64,000 nucleotides of DNA from a virus. Its lineage: Duplodnaviria > Caudoviricetes. Where the stretch lies: positions 4,082 to 68,081 of IMG/VR virus record IMGVR_UViG_3300015607_001184. One strand, 5' to 3'. The notes below the pieces were generated by a model. It saw nothing but the letters and a program-made list of their open reading frames with translations. It was not told the origin of the DNA and searched no databases. The translations under genes and the position numbers were made by a program. Position 1 is the stretch's first letter; each line of letters opens with the position of its first letter. This document shows positions 58,361 through 64,000 of this stretch, piece by piece.

Positions 58361-59927
58361 GAAGCCGCGCGGCGGGTTAATCGAGTTTGTGAGAGAATTC
58401 TGGCATGTTGTTGAACCTGTTAGAGAATTGCAGGAAGGCTGGGTTCTAGACGCGATCTGCGAGCATCTGGAGGCGGTGACAGACGGGCGCATCACGCGCC
58501 TGCTCATCAACGTGCCGCCCGGATCGATGAAGAGCCTGCTGTGCAACGTGTTCTGGCCCGCGTGGATGTGGGGACCAAGGGGTTACGACAATTATCGCAT
58601 CCTTTCGTTTAGCTATGCGGCGCATCTCACTGAAAGAGATAACGAAAAGTTTCGCGACATCCTGCAGAGCCAGCTGTTCCGCGATTGCTGGCCTTCGGTG
58701 CGGCTGGTGAAGGCGGGCGCCACCCGTGTGAAGACGGCGCGGCAGGGCAGCAAGATGGCCTCGTCGGTGGGCGGCGTGGTCACCGGCGAGCGCGGCGACA
58801 TCGTGGTGCTGGACGACCCTCACAACGTGGCGGAGGGCGAGTCGGAGGTGGTGCGGCAGGCGACCGTGGAGTGGTTCAGGACGGCCATGTCGAACCGCCT
58901 CAATGATCTGGAGAAGAGCGCCATCGTGGTGATCATGCAGCGCGTGCACGAGGGCGACGTGTCGGGCTGCATCCTGTCCGACTTCAACGGCGAGTACACG
59001 CACCTGATGATCCCGGCCGAGTATGACCCGGGGCGCCATTGCGTCACGTCCATCGGCTGGGAAGACCCGCGCATGGTCGAGGGCGAGACGTTCTGGCCGA
59101 GCCGCTTCCCCAAGCGGGTGCTGAACAACGCCAAGACGGTGCTGGGCAAGTACGGCTACGCCGGGCAGTACCAGCAGACGCCGGAGCCGAAGGGCGGCGG
59201 CATCATCAGGCGCGATCACTGGCAGCTGTGGGAGCACGCCACGTTCCCGCCGATGACGACGCTCGTGGCCAGCCTCGACACCGCCTACACGGAGAAGCAG
59301 GAGAACGACATGTCGGCCCTGACGCTGTGGGGCCTCTTCGAATGGAGCGGCTTCTACGGCGAGGGCGGCGAGCAGCTCAACGCCATCGTCAGCTATCAGG
59401 GCGAGCGCATGAGCCGGTCGAACGCCCACCTGTCGTCGTCGGTGCCGCAGCTGATGCTGATGTATGCGTGGGCGGAGAGGCTGGAGTTCCCCGAGCTGGT
59501 CGACAAGGTCCACGCCACCTGCAAGAAGTTCAAGGTGGAGACGCTGCTGATCGAGGCCAAGGCGGCGGGCCACAGCGTGGCGCAGGAGCTGCGGCGCCGG
59601 GCCTCGACGCTGGGCTTCAGCGTCCACCTGATCGATCCCAAAGGGCAGGACAAGGTCGCCCGGGCTCACTCGGTCGTGCCCTTCTTCGACGCCAAGCAGG
59701 TCTGGGCGCCGGACCGCAGCTGGGCCGACATGGTCATCAACCAATGCGCCCGCTTCCCCAAGGGCGAGCACGACGACGCTGTGGATTCCGTAACGCAGGC
59801 GTTGCGGTGGATGCGCGTTAATGCTCTGCTTACGTCGCCGGAGGAGATCGACGAGGACGAGCGCGAGGCGGCCGACTGGGGTCAGGCCAAGCTCTTGCCG
59901 CCCATATATCCGACAGCTGGATACTGA
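58266..59927 (+). CDS. terL: Terminase large subunit
   Basis: LINVPPGSMKS, TGERGD..VLDDPH, IMQRVHE.D, YAGQYQQ.P.P..GG, SLDTAY, LIEAKAAG, DKVARA, FPKGEHDD.VDS.TQA. Confidence 0.95.
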   Translation: MTSLPPLSRDELILRAAAAKELSLREVRRLTEKPRGGLIEFVREFWHVVEPVRELQEGWVLDAICEHLEAVTDGRITRLLINVPPGSMKSLLCNVFWPAWMWGPRGYDNYRILSFSYAAHLTERDNEKFRDILQSQLFRDCWPSVRLVKAGATRVKTARQGSKMASSVGGVVTGERGDIVVLDDPHNVAEGESEVVRQATVEWFRTAMSNRLNDLEKSAIVVIMQRVHEGDVSGCILSDFNGEYTHLMIPAEYDPGRHCVTSIGWEDPRMVEGETFWPSRFPKRVLNNAKTVLGKYGYAGQYQQTPEPKGGGIIRRDHWQLWEHATFPPMTTLVASLDTAYTEKQENDMSALTLWGLFEWSGFYGEGGEQLNAIVSYQGERMSRSNAHLSSSVPQLMLMYAWAERLEFPELVDKVHATCKKFKVETLLIEAKAAGHSVAQELRRRASTLGFSVHLIDPKGQDKVARAHSVVPFFDAKQVWAPDRSWADMVINQCARFPKGEHDDAVDSVTQALRWMRVNALLTSPEEIDEDEREAADWGQAKLLPPIYPTAGY

Positions 59928-59929
59928 GC

Positions 59930-60430
59930 ATGCCGACGACTGACGTGTCTCGCCTCGATCCAAACGAAGTGCGCGCCGCTTTTTCGTACGATCCAGAGAC
60001 TGGCGTCGTGACGTGGCGCGTCAGGCGCAACGGTTATGGCGGCGGGGTCTGGCCGGGCAAGCCCGCAGGTGGCGTCGACAAATACGGTTATCTGCTGACC
60101 GCGTTCAAAGGCGTACGCATCCCGAACCACAGGCTTGCGTGGTTTCTGCATTACGGGCGTTGGCCGGTCGGGCAGATAGATCACCGCGACCTCGACCCGA
60201 TGAACAACCGCATCGCCAACCTGCGCGAGGCGACGATGACGCAGCAGCGTGCCAATCAGGCCGTGCGGCGAGACAGCCAGACCGGTGTGAAAGGTGTGAG
60301 TAACTACCGTGGGCGCTACCGCGCCCGCTGCGCAGGCTCAGAGATAGGCGTATACGACACTATGGTCGAGGCGCAGGTGGCATATGAGCGGGCCGCGCGT
60401 GCCCGTTGGGGGGAGTTTGCGCGGACCTAA
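59930..60430 (+). CDS. HNH homing endonuclease
   Basis: YDPETG, HRLAWFLHYG.WP.GQIDH.DLDPMNNRIANLR, TGVKGV. Confidence 0.9.
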   Translation: MPTTDVSRLDPNEVRAAFSYDPETGVVTWRVRRNGYGGGVWPGKPAGGVDKYGYLLTAFKGVRIPNHRLAWFLHYGRWPVGQIDHRDLDPMNNRIANLREATMTQQRANQAVRRDSQTGVKGVSNYRGRYRARCAGSEIGVYDTMVEAQVAYERAARARWGEFART

Positions 60431-60442
60431 AAGGAGGACTGC

Positions 60443-60697
60443 ATGAGCAATTGGAAAGAGCTTGACGGCATGGACGAGGAGGTCCCTGCCGACCTGAACC
60501 TCAAGCGCATGATCGACAGCATCAGGGAGGCGGCCGAGGACGCTCAGGCGGATCGCGCCGAGGCCGTCCGCGCCACCGTGGTGAAGTGGCTGATCAAGGA
60601 TCCCAGCCGCGCGGCGTGGGATGGCAAGCGTCTGGTCAAGGAGGCGGCCATCATCGCTGCCTTCATCATGGGGGTGCGCGATGGCGAGGCTGGCTGA
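60443..60697 (+). CDS. Hypothetical protein
   Basis: AGGAGG RBS. Confidence 0.65.
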   Translation: MSNWKELDGMDEEVPADLNLKRMIDSIREAAEDAQADRAEAVRATVVKWLIKDPSRAAWDGKRLVKEAAIIAAFIMGVRDGEAG

Positions 60698-60833
60698 GAC
60701 GTACCGGGGCAACGTGCGCAACAGGGCGCGCGAGATCCGCAAGCTGACGAACCGCATGCGCGACCCCTCCAAGACGGGGCGCATGCCGTGGTGGGCCGCG
60801 CTGCAGCAGGCCAAGCAGGAGGTGTCGAGATGA
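60681..60833 (+). CDS. Small basic protein
   Basis: Arg-rich, coupled overlaps. Confidence 0.45.
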   Translation: MARLAETYRGNVRNRAREIRKLTNRMRDPSKTGRMPWWAALQQAKQEVSR

Positions 60834-61312
60834 AGCCGCAGAAGACCACGATCCTCGACCGCTGGCTCGCCGCCATGCGGATGCCGGGCCTCTACCAGCA
60901 GGTTCGCCACAAGTATTGCGACGAGCACGGCTTCTGTGGGCTGGGCGTGCTGGCCAATGAGAGCGGCATGCTCGGCGACGACGTGCGTCAGGCATATTGG
61001 CGGTATCTGGAGCGCAAGGGGTGCGGCGGCTTGAAGGTAAGCGACGTGGAAGCCGCGGGTCAGCTATCTAAGGGCGTCGGCCGCCTGCTGGTGGCCATGA
61101 TGGTGGAGCAGGGACTTGGGCCGGAGCACGCCACGTTCCTCTCCACAATCGTTCCGCGCTGGAACGACATGGCTCTGATGAGCCTCAGCGAGATCGCCGA
61201 TCACGTCGAGGCGCTGGTCAAGGAATGGAAAGCGAATCCAAAGGCAGACCCGATCGATGGCCTGCTTCTCGATGGAACGGCTTTCAAAGCGCTGAGTGCG
61301 GCCCATGTCTGA
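60830..61312 (+). CDS. Conserved phage protein
   Basis: W.AAMR.G.Y.Q, FCGLGVLA; GGAGG RBS. Confidence 0.6.
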   Translation: MKPQKTTILDRWLAAMRMPGLYQQVRHKYCDEHGFCGLGVLANESGMLGDDVRQAYWRYLERKGCGGLKVSDVEAAGQLSKGVGRLLVAMMVEQGLGPEHATFLSTIVPRWNDMALMSLSEIADHVEALVKEWKANPKADPIDGLLLDGTAFKALSAAHV

Positions 61313-61475
61313 CGAGATTGGCCCTCAGGGTCTGCTGGACCACGTCGAGAGCGAGCTGGCGCGCGAGTTGCGCCTGCAGCGCCGGGAGCGGGAGGCGGGC
61401 ATTCCCGCCCCCGAAAGCAAGGCGGCTATCGACGACCTCGTGCAGCGCGTCCAGAAGCTGGAGAGCGGCAAGTGA
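61305..61475 (+). CDS. 56-aa helical protein
   Basis: Hand translation MSDEIGPQGLLDHVESEL...KLESGK; fills the gap. Confidence 0.5.
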   Translation: MSDEIGPQGLLDHVESELARELRLQRREREAGIPAPESKAAIDDLVQRVQKLESGK

Positions 61476-61699
61476 GGCGCAAACTGCTCAACGGCAGGCA
61501 CGTCGTTCGCGGCGACCCGTCCAAGCGCAAGCTGACGGGCGAGCAGATCAGCGCGCTGCTGGCCGAGTACGAGGCGGTGAAGGCGTCACGCCCGGGCAAG
61601 CGCAACGCGCCGAACGGCTGGCGGGCGGCCAAGGCGGCTGAGCTGGGCGTCAGCGAGAGCCTGATCCGGAGCGTGCTGGAGGGAAGGATCGCAACGTGA
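61472..61699 (+). CDS. Small HTH protein
   Basis: KLTGEQI, AKAAELGVSESLIRSVL. Confidence 0.65.
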   Translation: MRRKLLNGRHVVRGDPSKRKLTGEQISALLAEYEAVKASRPGKRNAPNGWRAAKAAELGVSESLIRSVLEGRIAT

Positions 61700-62286
61700 G
61701 TGGATTGGCATATGCGCTGGCGGTCTTTGGGCTCGCCTGCCTGATCATCATCGGCGTCAGCACCGTCGCCGTCACCGTCGCGCTGGCGCTGCGCGTCAGG
61801 TGGCTGGAGGAAAGGTTCGTCGCGCTGGACCAAGCAGGCATGGAAATGCAGGTCAGCCTGCGCGACCTGCAGCAGACGACGGGCAACGCCAACCATCGCA
61901 TCGACGAGCTGTACAGACGCACCGGCGAGCTTGCATCGCGGATCGAGTCGGCGTTCGCGTCCATCGATGCGGTGAAGAATGGCCTGCGCGGCGCCGAGCT
62001 GACCATGTCGGAGATAGAGACGAAGCTCTCCGACAGCGAGCAGCTGCATGTGATGTTCACGGATTGGCGCGCCGATTTTGGCCAGCGCCTGCACGCGACG
62101 GAGACACGTCTGGAAAACGTAGATGCGGCCCTGACTTTGCTGAAGGAGACTTCGTTCAACAGATACAACGACTTGGAGAAGAAAATTCGCGCAACTCAGG
62201 AGGGGAATGGGGAACATGACACACCGAAAAAGCACGTCGGCGATATGTTTATTGGTACTGGCGTTCAGCCTGCAGCTGGGGAGTGA
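61696..62286 (+). CDS. N-terminal TM plus long coiled-coil protein
   Basis: Hydrophobic N-terminus, heptad repeats. Confidence 0.6.
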   Translation: MSGLAYALAVFGLACLIIIGVSTVAVTVALALRVRWLEERFVALDQAGMEMQVSLRDLQQTTGNANHRIDELYRRTGELASRIESAFASIDAVKNGLRGAELTMSEIETKLSDSEQLHVMFTDWRADFGQRLHATETRLENVDAALTLLKETSFNRYNDLEKKIRATQEGNGEHDTPKKHVGDMFIGTGVQPAAGE

Positions 62287-62289
62287 GAC

Positions 62290-62472
62290 ATGGGCGGGGG
62301 AAAAATGTACTGGTTCGCCGCCGGATGCTGGGCCGTCTCAGCCGCCCTCTCCACCGTCGCCGCCGTCCACACCTCCGACGACGCCTCCGTCGCCGCCCAC
62401 ATCGCCAACGCCCTCGCGTCCGCCCTCGGCGCCCTTCTCTTCGGTGTCATCGCCCGGAAAGGGGTGCGATAG
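62290..62472 (+). CDS. Small two-TM protein
   Basis: Hydrophobic; GGAG RBS. Confidence 0.5.
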   Translation: MGGGKMYWFAAGCWAVSAALSTVAAVHTSDDASVAAHIANALASALGALLFGVIARKGVR

Positions 62473-62708
62473 CTACGTGCTCGGCCAGCGCGTCTGCGCC
62501 AACCGGGACGTGCTGATCATCCACGACGACCGTAACGTCGTCAGGGCGCTGTACTGATGGGCGGGCGGAACTTAAGGCGTGGCGCGACAAGGCGGCCAAG
62601 GCGAAGAGCGAGCCGCGCATCGTCCTGAAGCACGTCAAGGTGAAGCGCGGCACTTCCGAATCGTCGAAAAGGGTGGTATAGTCCACCCTTCTTTGGATGG
62701 AAGACTGC

Positions 62709-62804
62709 ATGGACTGGTGGCTCGATCACGTTGTTTTTCCGTTTCTCGGCGGGGGCGCGGTTGGCTGCGTGATCGGGCTCGTCAGCGCCATGGTCAGGCG
62801 ATGA
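62709..62804 (+). CDS. 31-aa membrane peptide
   Basis: Hand translation MDWWLDHVVFPFLGGGAVGCVIGLVSAMVRR. Confidence 0.35.
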   Translation: MDWWLDHVVFPFLGGGAVGCVIGLVSAMVRR

Positions 62805-62819
62805 TTTGGAGGACTGCGC

Positions 62820-63416
62820 ATGACTACTGAAGACGGACCGGCCGCCAGCCCTGCCGAGCCGACTGAGCGTGAACGCCTGTACGGGATTGCGAAAGCTGGC
62901 GGCAACTGGTACGCCGCCGCCAAGCCCCTACCCGACGAGGCGTTTGACGCCCTCGCCGCCCCGCCCGCCAGCCCTGCCGCCACGGACGAGGAGGTGGCGA
63001 GGATGGTGGAGAGGCTGCTCCACGACTGCTCACGCATCGGCGAGCCGCACGATCACATGATCATGGCGCAGGCCGCCGACCTCCTCGCCCGCGTGGCGCG
63101 GGAGCAGGATGAGGCGCGAGATTGGTTGCGGCTGCGGGCGCATGACATCGTGGAGCTAGGCCAGCAGCTTGCCGCAGCCGAACAGCGTGCGGAGGCGGCG
63201 GAGAAGGTGCTCGCCATCGCAAACCGTGGTGGTCTCGATCTTCTTTATGCCGTCCGCAAGGCCATCGGCTGGACGGACAAGCATGCGCTATCGCTGCTGC
63301 CGGACGAGTGCGCGCGACTGAAGAAAGCCGCTGTCCGCAATGCGCCGATCTGGCCGGGCAAAGATTTCGATCACTCTCAACCCGGCGGTTTCGACGGCCC
63401 GACAGGAGCGGACTGA
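62820..63416 (+). CDS. Hypothetical protein
   Basis: GGAGGA RBS; coiled-coil EQRAEAAEK. Confidence 0.65.
   Translation: MTTEDGPAASPAEPTERERLYGIAKAGGNWYAAAKPLPDEAFDALAAPPASPAATDEEVARMVERLLHDCSRIGEPHDHMIMAQAADLLARVAREQDEARDWLRLRAHDIVELGQQLAAAEQRAEAAEKVLAIANRGGLDLLYAVRKAIGWTDKHALSLLPDECARLKKAAVRNAPIWPGKDFDHSQPGGFDGPTGAD
63183..63207 (+). repeat. 25-nt direct repeat, second copy at 63849-63873
   Basis: CAGCGTGCGGAGGCGGCGGAGAAGG identical in two different genes. Confidence 0.8.
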
Positions 63417-63417
63417 C

Positions 63418-63651
63418 ATGGCATCCCTTGGCGACCTGACCGACGAACTGGTCAACCTCACTCAGTTTTGGAACAACCACGAGGATATTCCGAAATCGCA
63501 GCAGCATTGCTGCCGAGCCATTGGCCGGAAGCTGCACGAGGCCGGCGGCTTGCGATACATGACCGATGCCTACTACCACGCCAAAGCGCGCAACAGGCAC
63601 GTTGCTGTCATCCAAGCGTATTGGGACGGCATCGGCGCATGGAGGTGGTGA
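63418..63651 (+). CDS. Conserved small phage protein
   Basis: R.IG.KL...GG..M, WDGIG.W; AGGAG RBS. Confidence 0.65.
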   Translation: MASLGDLTDELVNLTQFWNNHEDIPKSQQHCCRAIGRKLHEAGGLRYMTDAYYHAKARNRHVAVIQAYWDGIGAWRW

Positions 63652-63653
63652 TC

Positions 63654-63989
63654 ATGGCGATTGTCACCAGCCAGCGGCAGGCATCATTGAACGAAATAGT
63701 TGCTGAGATGGATCGGCGTGGGCTTGTCATCCAACAGCTTGAGGAACTTCGCGACCGGCTTTGCGACGACATCAAGACACTTCGCGACGATGTCGAGATG
63801 GAGAAGCGCGTCCGTGAGGAATGGCGGCAGCGGTGCGAATGGGCCGAGCAGCGTGCGGAGGCGGCGGAGAAGGCGTTGGCCCTGCTGGTGGCCGACGTGG
63901 CCGACTATCCGGCTTGGCAGCGCCCTTGCCATGCACTGGATGTAGCCCGCGACCATCTCGCAAAGCACGCAGGAGGGGACAATGGCTGA
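63654..63989 (+). CDS. Coiled-coil hypothetical protein
   Basis: GGAGG RBS; EQRAEAAEK; next gene starts at 63982 and runs off the window. Confidence 0.6.
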   Translation: MAIVTSQRQASLNEIVAEMDRRGLVIQQLEELRDRLCDDIKTLRDDVEMEKRVREEWRQRCEWAEQRAEAAEKALALLVADVADYPAWQRPCHALDVARDHLAKHAGGDNG

Positions 63990-64000
63990 AGAGGGGCAGA

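Overview
The window looks like most of the genome of a GC-rich tailed dsDNA bacteriophage, probably short-tailed (P22-like portal, adaptor and hub, large ejection proteins, no tape measure or tail tube gene). A GcrA homolog and the alphaproteobacterial-type endolysin point to an alphaproteobacterial host. Layout: + strand late operon (1-38.8 kb: portal, internal/ejection polyproteins, GroES, scaffold, capsid, tail, glycosyltransferase plus methyltransferase, lysis, terminator); - strand early/recombination block (38.8-46.6 kb, Bet); + strand regulation/replication block (46.7-51.9 kb: HTH, GcrA, VRR-NUC, MT-A70, initiator, split primase-helicase); an inverted - strand block (52-55.2 kb, DUF932); + strand small genes and terminase (55.3-64 kb). 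No integrase, DNA polymerase, tRNA or CRISPR was recognised. About eight free-standing homing-type endonucleases are present. Strongest leads: (1) about 20 copies of a [F/Y/M/R]-x-x-G-G motif that delimit enzymatic cassettes in five presumed virion-internal proteins, with a tandem GE(Y/F)V domain as candidate reader or protease; (2) two small genes overprinted in the +1 frame inside ejection-protein genes; (3) a SAM-lyase-like domain in an ejection protein; (4) a three-copy ATGCC-N5-GGCAT operator inside promoter spacers; (5) a glycosyltransferase/methyltransferase pair between Ser/Thr-rich tail proteins. All family assignments come from motif recognition by eye; no database searches were run.
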